From positions 39,528 to 103,527 of the forward strand of contig CAYNND010000001.1 of assembly GCA_964398775.1 (NCBI GenBank): DNA of 64,000 nt, given 5' to 3'. This document shows, in pieces, positions 8,943-17,631 of the stretch. A program made the translations under genes and the position numbers. Position 1 is the stretch's first letter. Each line of letters begins with the position of its first letter. Under the pieces are notes generated by a model, which made no database searches, was not told the origin of the DNA, and was given only the letters and a program-made list of their open reading frames with translations. The DNA comes from an uncultured Candidatus Saccharibacteria bacterium (GTDB taxonomy: Bacteria; Patescibacteriota; Minisyncoccia; Phycocordibacterales; UBA2100).

Positions 8943-9988
8943 GTTGGATCTGGCATCCTCGTGTAGAGGTCTGCGATGCGCTGCATCATTGCTTCAGTGA
9001 GAACAACATCTCCGGCATCAATATCGATAGTGAGCTGTTCTAGTGAAGTAGCTCCGAGAATTACAGAAGTAGTGAATGGTCGCGTTGCAGCAAACGCGAT
9101 TGCAAGCTGCCCAGGCTTCAGTCCAAACTCACGTTCAAGTGCTACATACGCAGCAAAGGCACGCTGTGCCTCATCATGCCCTGGGTTATAGCGTGGTCTG
9201 TTTCTGCCAGTTCCTGAAAAGCGGGCACCTGCTGGTTCTGCACCGTTGAGGTACTTTCCTGTGAGCACTCCCATGTTGAGAACTGAGTACGGGAGAAATG
9301 CGATAGACTCGCGCATACACATTTCAGAGAGCCCGATTTCAAATGTACGATTGGTGAGTGAGTACTGGTTTTGAATGGAAGCGATACGTGCATACCCTTT
9401 CTCACGTGCGACGCGGAGGTACTCCATAACACCCCATGGGTTTTCATTTGATACACCGATGTATCGCACCTTACCTGCCTTCACAAGTGCGTCGAGCCCT
9501 GCAAGTGTTTCTTCAATAGATGCTCCGTCATCGCCATCAAGTGATTGCACGCCGCGGACACCGTTGTTGTTCATGTGTCTGTCAGGGAAATGTACCTGAT
9601 AGAGGTCGAGGTAGTCAGTCTGAAGTCGAGTGAGGGTACCATCAATAGCTGCCGCAATACTTTGTGTTGTAAGGCCAGCGCTCGCATCACGTGTGCCGAT
9701 AAAGTCGGCCATACCTCGCGCTGACACTTTTGACGCAAGGAAAAAGTCATCGCGCTTCTGTCGCTTTCCTATCCAGTTTCCTATCATAGTCTCAGTCGTT
9801 CCCTGCTTCGTCTTATCTGGTGGGATTGGATACACCTCTGCAGTGTCTATCATGGTGATACCGCGACTCAGTGCATAATCAAGCTGTGCATGCGCTTGTG
9901 CCTCATCACATTGCTGCCCGAAATTCATTGTTCCGAGGCAGAGCTTTGATACCTCTATACCAGTATTTGAGAATTGTGTTTTTTGCAT
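8936..9988 (-). CDS. Aldo/keto reductase (Tas-like NADP(H)-dependent oxidoreductase); ORF-track start at 10003 is GTG, ATG at 9986-9988 more likely
   Basis: MQKTQFSNTGIEVSKLCLGTMNFG N-terminus and overall AKR fold length. Confidence 0.8.
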   Translation of the reverse strand: MQKTQFSNTGIEVSKLCLGTMNFGQQCDEAQAHAQLDYALSRGITMIDTAEVYPIPPDKTKQGTTETMIGNWIGKRQKRDDFFLASKVSARGMADFIGTRDASAGLTTQSIAAAIDGTLTRLQTDYLDLYQVHFPDRHMNNNGVRGVQSLDGDDGASIEETLAGLDALVKAGKVRYIGVSNENPWGVMEYLRVAREKGYARIASIQNQYSLTNRTFEIGLSEMCMRESIAFLPYSVLNMGVLTGKYLNGAEPAGARFSGTGRNRPRYNPGHDEAQRAFAAYVALEREFGLKPGQLAIAFAATRPFTTSVILGATSLEQLTIDIDAGDVVLTEAMMQRIADLYTRMPDPTC

Positions 9989-10011
9989 CGCAGTAGTGTA
10001 CACGCAAAGTC

Positions 10012-10079
10012 GCTAGACAAGAAATCTCCGGACAGGACTATTTTGCTCGAGGTATTCGTAGGAGATGCCGCAAAAATAT
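10012..10079. repeat. Degenerate direct repeat copy of the ilvA 3' end (last 19 codons plus stop), 5' of the AT-rich islet
   Basis: ~58 of 68 bp align to 11336-11393; both copies translate on the minus strand to GISYEYLEQNSPVRRFLV* with 6 nucleotide differences, all synonymous. Confidence 0.8.
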
Positions 10080-10109
10080 ATGTGCTTGTCTCTATTATTG
10101 CAAATAATA

Positions 10110-10556
10110 CTAGCCCACAATAACATTGTCCCCATTATGGATTATTACTGATTCATAATTAGGCATGTCATTCAGAATATCAACTTTTGAACCAGAACGC
10201 ATTTTGAGGGTCAGCCCCCCGCTTTCATGCCTCAGAGCATTTTCTATTTCATCACCGATTAGCGTGCACAGTACACCACCATTAATTTTATAGTTTTCTA
10301 TTTTGTAAATAATACCGTTGGAATCTGTGAATATTATGTCTCCTCCCATCTCAATAAAGAAAGACTGCTCGGACATATCTGACTCAAAGAATATATCAGC
10401 TTTATGCCTGCCTATCCTTAGTGTCTCAACTTTCCTACCCACAAGAAAGCTTAAATCTATATTTTCAGGTAAACCTAGCATAAAATTAATTTGTTTTTTT
10501 AGGCGCTGGTAATGGAATATGTGTTTGCGAATTAGTGATATGGGGACAGTCACCAT
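10110..10556 (-). CDS. Hypothetical protein (islet cargo)
   Basis: 148-aa ORF, AT-rich codon usage distinct from flanks; no known motif. Confidence 0.4.
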   Translation of the reverse strand: MVTVPISLIRKHIFHYQRLKKQINFMLGLPENIDLSFLVGRKVETLRIGRHKADIFFESDMSEQSFFIEMGGDIIFTDSNGIIYKIENYKINGGVLCTLIGDEIENALRHESGGLTLKMRSGSKVDILNDMPNYESVIIHNGDNVIVG

Positions 10557-10558
10557 AT

Positions 10559-10768
10559 TTATTTGTTCTTTGAACCTTTCGGTCTCCCTGTCCCTCGCAA
10601 CGTTTGTCCCAACTTGTGTGTCTCGACCATGACATTGACCCGTGCATCAGTACTAGACGGTGTTCCTTTGTTGACTGATGCTCTGAGTGTTTTCAGTATA
10701 TCTTGATTGTCTTTGCGATTCACCCAAAAATATGGTGACTGTCCGAATATTTCTATTTTATTATGCAA
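10559..10768 (-). CDS. Small hypothetical protein with C-terminal AT-hook-like tail (islet cargo)
   Basis: 69 aa; C-terminal RGTGRPKGSKNK; its N-terminal IFGQSPYFWV segment is duplicated as a start-less fragment at 11210-11335. Confidence 0.3.
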   Translation of the reverse strand: MHNKIEIFGQSPYFWVNRKDNQDILKTLRASVNKGTPSSTDARVNVMVETHKLGQTLRGTGRPKGSKNK

Positions 10769-11209
10769 TTAAGGATATATATCAATACTCAGCCCAAGAC
10801 CTAAAGAAGCCATCTTTTTTATTATGTCATACTCTATAACTTCTCCTGAATTACCCTCAAGAAAGATGCCTACGGAAACAAGTAGCGCACCGCCTGAATC
10901 TACATGCCTTAGTAACGACCCCTTTAGTGGTTCTAGTTCACCAACAAGAAGCAACAGCTCTTCAGAAAGTGCCTTATCGCTACTATATATTTTTTCTTTT
11001 GAATGCGCGAAACAGCAGTATGAGTCAGTGTGAACACCCACAAGCGGACCACCATCTTGAGCAAGTCTTGCATTTCCTATATTCCAACTATTTACAAAGT
11101 GAAAGTGTGTTGTGTTCGCGATATCACCTTCGATAACTTCTATGCTCTGGGATGGGTGAGACACCCTCAATGATATTTTATACGTATAAGGATTCATATT
11201 TTTCAGCAT
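10769..11209 (-). CDS. Hypothetical protein (islet cargo)
   Basis: 146-aa ORF; no known motif. Confidence 0.4.
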   Translation of the reverse strand: MLKNMNPYTYKISLRVSHPSQSIEVIEGDIANTTHFHFVNSWNIGNARLAQDGGPLVGVHTDSYCCFAHSKEKIYSSDKALSEELLLLVGELEPLKGSLLRHVDSGGALLVSVGIFLEGNSGEVIEYDIIKKMASLGLGLSIDIYP

Positions 11210-11336
11210 GTATGAATTGGTCCATGGTTAATTATATCACCTTTTGTTGTACCAGTGATTATGTCTCCATTTGGCGCCTTCCCAACCCAAAAATATGGTG
11301 ACTGTCCCAATTATTGTAAGCAAATGCAGTACTTTG

Positions 11337-12581
11337 CTAGACAAGAAATCTCCTCACTGGGCTGTTTTGCTCGAGGTATTCGTATGAGATGCCAAGGGTA
11401 GTCATACGCTCCATGAGTGGCTGCAAGTCATCTTTATGAGTCAACTCAACACCGACGAGCGCTGGGCCGCGCTCCTTGTTACTCTTCTTTACATACTCAA
11501 AGAGCGTGATGTCGTCCCGTGGACCGAGCGCGTTGTCGAGAAACTCTCGCAGCGCTCCAGGACGTTGACTGAACTCAACTACAAAGTAGTGTTTCAAGCC
11601 TTTGTACACGAGTGCGCGCTCCATCACTTCTGGGTAACGACTGATGTCATTGTTCCCTCCTGATATAACACACACAACAGTCTTACCTTTGATTTCATCT
11701 CTAAGTTGTGCGAGTGCAGCGACAGAAAGTGCTCCTGCTGGTTCTGCGATGATGCCATCTGCTTGGTAGAGCCCTATCATCGCTTCGCACACTGCGCCTT
11801 CTGGAGTTCTCACTACCTGCTGCATCAAGTGCCGCGCTGTTTCAAACGTAAGTGTACCAATCGTAGCAACTGCTGCGCCGTCGACAAATTTGTCTATGTT
11901 TTGTACCGTCACTGGCTTTCCTGCTGCAAGCGCTGCCGTCATCGATGCAGCTCCTTGCGGCTCAACACCGATGATATCAGTTGCGGGCGAAACTTCTTTG
12001 ACATAGGTAGATACCCCAGCAACAAGACCGCCGCCGCCAATTGGAACAACGACAACATCTGGTTTCTGCTCAAGTTGTCGCAGAAACTCTTCTGCGACAG
12101 TTCCTTGCCCCGCTGCTACATACTCATTATCAAAGGGATGCACAAAGACACGGGATTCTTTTTCGCAAAACGTTTTTGCATGTTCATACGAATCATCAAA
12201 GGTGTCGCCGATAAGCTCTATCGTTACCCATGCACCACCAAGTACACGAACGCGTTCAACTTTTTGCTTCGGAGTATTTTTCGGCATGTATATCCATCCT
12301 TTCACCGAAAGTTTCGCACAGCTAAATGCAACACCTTGTGCGTGGTTTCCCGCGCTGGCACACACGACACCACGGTCTCGTTCGCTGTGTGAGAGTTTTG
12401 AGATACAGTTGTACGCACCACGAAGCTTGTATGAACGAACTATCTGCAAATCTTCGCGCTTTAGAAAGATGCGCGCACCGTAGAGCTCAGAGAGACGCTG
12501 ATTGTACTGCAGTGGCGTTTCCGTAACGACACCTTTGAGGCGTTTGTGTGCATCTCGCACAAGTTGTACTGAAAGTGTCAT
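11337..12581 (-). CDS. ilvA: Threonine dehydratase (PLP-dependent, with C-terminal ACT-like regulatory domain); likely start at the internal Met (MTLSVQLVRDAHKRL)
   Basis: PLP-fold blocks (SAGNHAQGVA, GGGGL), ~415 aa with C-terminal regulatory extension; start adjusted so it abuts the ridA stop. Confidence 0.8.
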   Translation of the reverse strand: MTLSVQLVRDAHKRLKGVVTETPLQYNQRLSELYGARIFLKREDLQIVRSYKLRGAYNCISKLSHSERDRGVVCASAGNHAQGVAFSCAKLSVKGWIYMPKNTPKQKVERVRVLGGAWVTIELIGDTFDDSYEHAKTFCEKESRVFVHPFDNEYVAAGQGTVAEEFLRQLEQKPDVVVVPIGGGGLVAGVSTYVKEVSPATDIIGVEPQGAASMTAALAAGKPVTVQNIDKFVDGAAVATIGTLTFETARHLMQQVVRTPEGAVCEAMIGLYQADGIIAEPAGALSVAALAQLRDEIKGKTVVCVISGGNNDISRYPEVMERALVYKGLKHYFVVEFSQRPGALREFLDNALGPRDDITLFEYVKKSNKERGPALVGVELTHKDDLQPLMERMTTLGISYEYLEQNSPVRRFLV

Positions 12582-12582
12582 A

Positions 12583-12960
12583 CTAGTGTGTGAGTGCTGT
12601 GCAGGAAATCTCCACGCGCGCATCTTTTGGTAAACGAGCAACTTCGACAGTCACACGTGCAGGCAATACTGGTCCAATAAAGTATGTTGCATACACTCCG
12701 TTGAACTTTGCGAAATCATTCATATCCTTTAAATACACTTCTGTTTTAACTACATCCGTGAGTGTTACCCCTGCTGCATTGAGCACCGCTTTCAGGTTTT
12801 CACATACCTGCCGTGTTTGTTCTTCTATATCCCCACCTATGAATGTTCCGTCCTGTTTGAGCGGTATTTGTCCTGAACAGAATAAAAATCCTTGCGCACG
12901 AACTGCTTGAGAATAAGGGCCGACGGCTGCTGGTGCTTGTGTTGTATGAATATGTTCCAT
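12583..12960 (-). CDS. ridA: RidA/YjgF-family reactive enamine/imine deaminase
   Basis: [27 protein letters not shown]-terminal signature; 125 aa; immediately upstream of ilvA (tdcB-tdcF-like pairing). Confidence 0.8.
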   Translation of the reverse strand: MEHIHTTQAPAAVGPYSQAVRAQGFLFCSGQIPLKQDGTFIGGDIEEQTRQVCENLKAVLNAAGVTLTDVVKTEVYLKDMNDFAKFNGVYATYFIGPVLPARVTVEVARLPKDARVEISCTALTH

Positions 12961-12989
12961 AATATTTTAAAAATTGCAGTAAAAGAAAA

Positions 12990-13010
12990 GCCCTCAGATG
13001 GAGGGCTTTT
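12990..13010 (-). terminator. Terminator-like hairpin (gccctc-agatg-gagggc) with U-tracts on both strands
   Basis: 6-bp GC stem followed by tttt (+) / ttttcttttact (-); lies downstream of minus gene 13150-13710. Confidence 0.4.
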
Positions 13011-13149
13011 CTGTATCTATAGAGTGCTAGACACAAAGAAGACCTCCATCAAAGGGGAATAATAATCGCAATAATGATGAGTCCTCCGCAAAGCTTCATG
13101 TGCAGTGATTGTAGTACATCGATACGGAAATGGCAATTATGGATTGCAC

Positions 13150-13710
13150 TTAGATAAGGCCGTAGTAGCCGAGTGAGAGATAGATGACGAGATATGCAAA
13201 AACACCAGGAAGCATCGCGACGATTGAGATACCGAATGCATTCCATTTTGTGATACCTGCAATCGCACTGATACCCTGCAGCATAAGTACAAAGGCATAT
13301 ACAGAGAAAACGACGAACACGACAAGTAGAGCAACTGCCTGAAGTGGCTGTGCAACAGTCATAAGATACCCAAGGACAGCTGTGACAACGGTCATTCCTC
13401 CTGTTGTCACTATATCCATAGTGAGTACTTCTGCATAAGTAAATGGAACGGTAGCGCTTTTGTTGAGAATACGAGTTGCAAAATACACGAATGACGCAAT
13501 GCACAGCATTCCTCCGAGCGCGCTGAGTGCAATTGCAACTGGTGAGAGTGCCGCACCCGGAACAAAGACTGCAGTTGCCTGACTGATGCAGATGATGATG
13601 AGTGTCGCTATTATCCCATCTTCAAGTGATGCCGTACGCAATGTCTCGCGTGTTGGTATGACCCCGAAGAGAAAGTCGAACGTCGCCGTAAAAATAGATG
13701 CAAGTGTCAT
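13150..13710 (-). CDS. Hypothetical polytopic membrane protein
   Basis: 186 aa with ~5 hydrophobic helices; no family recognised. Confidence 0.5.
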   Translation of the reverse strand: MTLASIFTATFDFLFGVIPTRETLRTASLEDGIIATLIIICISQATAVFVPGAALSPVAIALSALGGMLCIASFVYFATRILNKSATVPFTYAEVLTMDIVTTGGMTVVTAVLGYLMTVAQPLQAVALLVVFVVFSVYAFVLMLQGISAIAGITKWNAFGISIVAMLPGVFAYLVIYLSLGYYGLI

Positions 13711-13960
13711 GTGCTATGGCTACTTCAATAATGTCTGTATTGTCCCATGGTGACTGATGGCACACAAGAGCTCACCAAAGTTTGTATGCCTACTATTGAC
13801 GCACACGTACACTTCTGTATACTCAAATCATGACACAGTTTTTTAGCACACGTCGTACAAACATCTCAGCCTTCGGCTCAGCTGTTTGTGTGTGCAACTA
13901 ACTCTCACCTACGAACACCTCAGCCGGATAGGCTGAGATGGTCTTTGCCTGCCGGAGTGA

Positions 13961-14443
13961 ATGGAGAGTCGCATGACACACATGCGCAAGAATGCATTTG
14001 TGAAGGTTACCGGAGATTTGCTTGAGCACCCCCGAGTGCTGAAGTGGCTCCGTCGACTTGCGCGACAATTTCACGTTGTCGTGTGCACAGGAGGTGGTAC
14101 GCAGATTAACGAGGCGCTCACCGCTGCAGGATACACGCTTTCAAAGCATGGTCCACTCGGTCGAGAACTCGCCACGTTTGCAGAACGCCAACTTGCTCGC
14201 AATGTACTCGAAGAGAACAAAGGACTGCTCGAGGATAGGCTCGTTCGCGAGGGCATCCATGCCCGCGTCGTCGCTCCCGTCCTCGATATTGGGGATGTGC
14301 TCTGTCACATCAATGGTGACACGTTCCTACAGACTGCATACATCGGGTTTGATATGCTGTTTGTGGTTACGACGAAGGACCGCGCTGCTACCAAGCACGA
14401 TTCCTTCAAGCATCTTCCTAAAGTGCGTGTTCGCTCGTTCTAA
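13961..14443 (+). CDS. Short amino-acid-kinase-fold-like protein (hypothetical)
   Basis: FVKVTGDLL and HVVVCTGGGTQIN resemble the N-lobe glycine-rich motifs of the amino acid kinase family, but only 160 aa. Confidence 0.3.
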   Translation: MESRMTHMRKNAFVKVTGDLLEHPRVLKWLRRLARQFHVVVCTGGGTQINEALTAAGYTLSKHGPLGRELATFAERQLARNVLEENKGLLEDRLVREGIHARVVAPVLDIGDVLCHINGDTFLQTAYIGFDMLFVVTTKDRAATKHDSFKHLPKVRVRSF

Positions 14444-14460
14444 ACCACACTATTCATGCC

Positions 14461-14494
14461 GCCGCGTTGCGCTCTGCGCAACGCGGCATTTTTT
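14461..14494 (+). terminator. Rho-independent terminator (perfect 11-bp stem, T6 tail)
   Basis: gccgcgttgcg-ctctg-cgcaacgcggc attttttat, 18 nt after the stop of the 13961-14443 gene. Confidence 0.7.
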
Positions 14495-15299
14495 ATAACT
14501 GCAGCAAGACAAGACTCAGCGCCATCACTGCCATACCCATCATGACGCCGGTAATAGCTACATGGTGCTCACCATACTCTTCTGCAGCTGGAAGCAATTC
14601 ATCAAGCGAGATATAGACCATAATGCCTGCTACTCCAGCGAAAATGGCACCATACATAAGTCCATTCATAAATGGCATCAGGAGCAAGAAGCCAATTGCT
14701 GCACCGACTGGCTCTGCGAGACCTGAGAGAAAAGAATACTTAAATGCTTTCCACTTATCTTTGGTTGCATAGTACAGCGGCACCGAGACAGCGATACCTT
14801 CGGGGATGTTATGTATCGCAATTGCAATTGCGATGCTTACACCAAGAGTCGGATCCTGAAGTGCTCCGATAAACGTTGCAAGTCCTTCTGGGAAATTGTG
14901 GATACCGACTGCAAGCGCTGTAAAAACCCCCATACGCATCAAGGCATGATGCTTGTGGTCATCCTCTGACATGTGGGACATCTCATGCGGGTTTGCCTCA
15001 AGTGGTATAAGCCGGTCAATAATCGCTGCAAGCGCGACACCACAAAAGAAACCGACTGTTGCGTAGAGGTATGCGTAATTTGCTGGGTATATTTGCGCGA
15101 GAGCTGTCTGTGCCTTTGGGAAAATCTCAACGAGTGATACATATATCATCACGCCCGCAGAAAATCCGAGTGATGCTGCAAGAAATCGTGGACTAAATGA
15201 CTTACTAAAAAAAGCATACACACTCCCGATACCTGTCGAGAGTCCTGCGAGCACTGTGAGTGTGAACGCGAAGATAATTGCACTTGAAGAAAATTCCAT
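14493..15299 (-). CDS. zupT: ZIP-family zinc transporter
   Basis: HNFPEGLATFIGA and HNIPEGIAVSVPL paired metal-binding motifs, ~8 TM helices. Confidence 0.85.
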   Translation of the reverse strand: MEFSSSAIIFAFTLTVLAGLSTGIGSVYAFFSKSFSPRFLAASLGFSAGVMIYVSLVEIFPKAQTALAQIYPANYAYLYATVGFFCGVALAAIIDRLIPLEANPHEMSHMSEDDHKHHALMRMGVFTALAVGIHNFPEGLATFIGALQDPTLGVSIAIAIAIHNIPEGIAVSVPLYYATKDKWKAFKYSFLSGLAEPVGAAIGFLLLMPFMNGLMYGAIFAGVAGIMVYISLDELLPAAEEYGEHHVAITGVMMGMAVMALSLVLLQL

Positions 15300-15334
15300 A
15301 TGCTTCTATTCTAATGAAATAATATACAGACTAT

Positions 15335-16318
15335 TTACTGCTCGATTGTAATGATTGAATTGCAAGTACTCGTACCAAGTCGGTTTCCAACAGTAACGGT
15401 AAATGGCGCCTCACCGGCACGCACGACTGCTGTATGCTCAAATGGAAACCTAAGTGCACTCTGTGGTGTCGTTGGTCGTGTGTTTCCAAATGCAAATGTC
15501 TCAATATCAGAGCCGCCGATAGTGTACGTGATTGTCTCCCCATCCTTTACGCGATTCTTAGAGGGAACAATGGTGCATGTTGGAAGCTCGTGAGCTTGAG
15601 AGCGTGTACGGAAGAGGATGGTGTCAGCATGATATGTCCCTTTCTCGTCGCGACAGAGCAGACGATAGCGCTGATCTTGGTAGAGTGGGTCAGTATCGCG
15701 CTTCCCTATCCCAGCAACAGTTTTCATCCATGTCGAAGAAACTTGCGCATCGCTCTTATACAGAAAAACGATAAAGGAACAGGTTAGTGTTTTAGGGATA
15801 TCCCACTGCAATTCATAGTGTGAACCAAGCGCGGCTGGAACTTCACGATATGCGAGTTCTATGTTTTGGTGTGGCAATGGTTTCATTAAAATTGCGCCAA
15901 TTGCTTTACTGCGGTCAAACGATACTGCAAGTGGAGAGCCTGATGTCGGCTCTATATACGTCGCACCAGTATGCTCAGTTGCCTGCGTCACAAACGAAGG
16001 TGTCTTGAGAGATGAAGGCGTCTGTACTGGAGATGGTGCGACTGCAGGAGTCTTTTTCTGTGCTTCGGGACGCTTGACCTTGGGGTATGCACCAGTAACA
16101 ACTTCAGGTTGCTTCAGCTTTTCACGCACACCTCGCAGCTCTGAAAGTGCGCCGTTCAATGCTTCATCTTCGTATGTTTGTACTAGCTGCTGTGATTCTG
16201 CAACTGGCTCAGGTCGTGCAGGAACCCGCGGCTGCTCTGCCGTCTGTGGAGCTTGCACACCAAACAAAGCTGTGACGCTTACAAGCATGGTGGAAAGTAG
16301 CTGACTCAAATACTCCAT
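15335..16318 (-). CDS. Hypothetical secreted protein
   Basis: N-terminal signal/anchor, Pro/Ala/Thr-rich linker, C-terminal beta-rich region; no known domain. Confidence 0.45.
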   Translation of the reverse strand: MEYLSQLLSTMLVSVTALFGVQAPQTAEQPRVPARPEPVAESQQLVQTYEDEALNGALSELRGVREKLKQPEVVTGAYPKVKRPEAQKKTPAVAPSPVQTPSSLKTPSFVTQATEHTGATYIEPTSGSPLAVSFDRSKAIGAILMKPLPHQNIELAYREVPAALGSHYELQWDIPKTLTCSFIVFLYKSDAQVSSTWMKTVAGIGKRDTDPLYQDQRYRLLCRDEKGTYHADTILFRTRSQAHELPTCTIVPSKNRVKDGETITYTIGGSDIETFAFGNTRPTTPQSALRFPFEHTAVVRAGEAPFTVTVGNRLGTSTCNSIITIEQ

Positions 16319-16336
16319 AGTCAGAGTGTAGCACGC

Positions 16337-17086
16337 CTAGGATTCGTGCTCATGCCGAGCATTCCAGTACGCACAGTAATCGCATGATGGACGAGAGTCA
16401 GGCAGACCATCATGGTCCAAACATTTTTTAATATCGTAGAGTGTTGGCTCGACCCACGCATCATCACCTGTGTACGGGATAAGGTGCACTTCAAATTCAA
16501 GCTTCTTGTCAAAGCCTGCTCTATCCATCATACCGGTGCAGTAGACAAAGTATCCGGTACTAGAAACTGTCAGACCATTTTTTCGCAACAACCATTGATA
16601 GACTTCCATCTGCCGTTTGTAGCCTATGTGCCACTCTTTATCGAGTGCTGTCACAGCCTCCTCTTTCCCTGTTGCTTTATAGTCGACGACAATATACTCA
16701 CCTGCACTGTTAATCCACAAGTCATCGATTGCACCAGTCACAAGGAATTCAGTATCTTCGTGGAAATGCGTAATGCCACCGAAGTTACGTCGCCATTCGT
16801 CTATCGAGTCGTGTGCGACGGGACGCGCATCAATGCCGTATTCTTTTTGTAGTGGGTGCTGCTCACCGTGAGCTCGGTGTACATCAAACTCCTGTTTCAA
16901 TAAATGATCGACTGCACTATTGAGCGCAAACGGAAATCCCGGAACACGCTTCACTCCAAGTTTGTTATCAATATAAAAACAACGCGGGCATTCTATAAAT
17001 AAGTCAATTTTAGACCGACTCAATTTCCAGTTTTTTCCACCATAATTCCAAGCCGCGCCTCGCTGTGCACTGTAGTATTCAGACAT
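16337..17086 (-). CDS. Cas4/DUF83-like PD-(D/E)xK nuclease with Fe-S cysteine cluster (standalone)
   Basis: N-terminal IECPRCFYI (Cas4 CPR motif), catalytic-like AIDDLW...IVVDYKAT, C-terminal C-x12-C-x2-C. Confidence 0.6.
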   Translation of the reverse strand: MSEYYSAQRGAAWNYGGKNWKLSRSKIDLFIECPRCFYIDNKLGVKRVPGFPFALNSAVDHLLKQEFDVHRAHGEQHPLQKEYGIDARPVAHDSIDEWRRNFGGITHFHEDTEFLVTGAIDDLWINSAGEYIVVDYKATGKEEAVTALDKEWHIGYKRQMEVYQWLLRKNGLTVSSTGYFVYCTGMMDRAGFDKKLEFEVHLIPYTGDDAWVEPTLYDIKKCLDHDGLPDSRPSCDYCAYWNARHEHES

Positions 17087-17110
17087 ACCATAATCGTACT
17101 CCTCACGTCA

Positions 17111-17134
17111 TAAAAAACAACCGCCATGCGGCGG
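17111..17134 (-). terminator. Rho-independent terminator after gene 17147-17602
   Basis: aaccgcc-atgc-ggcggt hairpin followed on the minus strand by ttgtttttta. Confidence 0.55.
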
Positions 17135-17146
17135 TGGTTTTCGGTA

Positions 17147-17602
17147 TTACTGTTGTGCTGGCGCAGATGGTGGCGTCCCTCGCATCGGGAATGCCATACC
17201 TGCTGGGCGTATATTCACTGATTGGGCAGTGACGCTCCCATCTTGGTTTGGTGTTCCGTTTATCATGACATTCTTACCTATAGCTACATCTGCGACAGTA
17301 CCTTTTGTAGCATTCATAACTTCAGTACTTTCAGTGACGAGCACTATCTTTGTACTTCCATCTTGCGCTTTTACCGTCACACTTGTCTCGTCTTTCGCGA
17401 TAACTTCTCCTGCGGCGAAACCTGCACCTCGCTGCCCTCGTCCCATACCAGGACCACGTTGTCCTCCCTCACGACCTGACCACTGACCGCGAGCACCTTC
17501 TGGCGCTGAACTCTTTGGTACTGCAAAATACCCGGCAGCACCTCCGAGGAGAAATACTCCGACAAGCGCTCCGATAACTTCTTTTTGTTTAAATGTTTCC
17601 AT
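17147..17602 (-). CDS. Hypothetical secreted Gly/Arg-rich small protein
   Basis: signal peptide, GQRGPGMGRGQRGAG low-complexity stretch, then a beta-rich domain. Confidence 0.45.
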   Translation of the reverse strand: METFKQKEVIGALVGVFLLGGAAGYFAVPKSSAPEGARGQWSGREGGQRGPGMGRGQRGAGFAAGEVIAKDETSVTVKAQDGSTKIVLVTESTEVMNATKGTVADVAIGKNVMINGTPNQDGSVTAQSVNIRPAGMAFPMRGTPPSAPAQQ

Positions 17603-17631
17603 ATATATTTTTTAATAATACACATTAATAA

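Larger units (their letters stand above)
10080..11335. mobile_element. AT-rich 1.26-kb islet flanked by direct repeats of the ilvA 3' end (putative decayed integrative element; no integrase present)
   Basis: compositional break, flanking 58-bp repeats, internal partial duplication, three small hypothetical ORFs. Confidence 0.45.

Noticed and set aside
10092-10108. AT-only palindrome tattatt-gca-aataata just downstream of the islet ORF 10110-10556
   Set aside because: Short AT-rich palindromes are common by chance in AT-rich DNA. It has no GC stem or U-tract, so I do not call it a terminator or operator.
7327-17602. Possible paralogy between the secreted beta-rich proteins at 7327-8040 and 17147-17602
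   Set aside because: I saw only loose by-eye similarity of short Gly/Val/Thr-rich stretches. This is not enough to claim a shared domain without a profile alignment.
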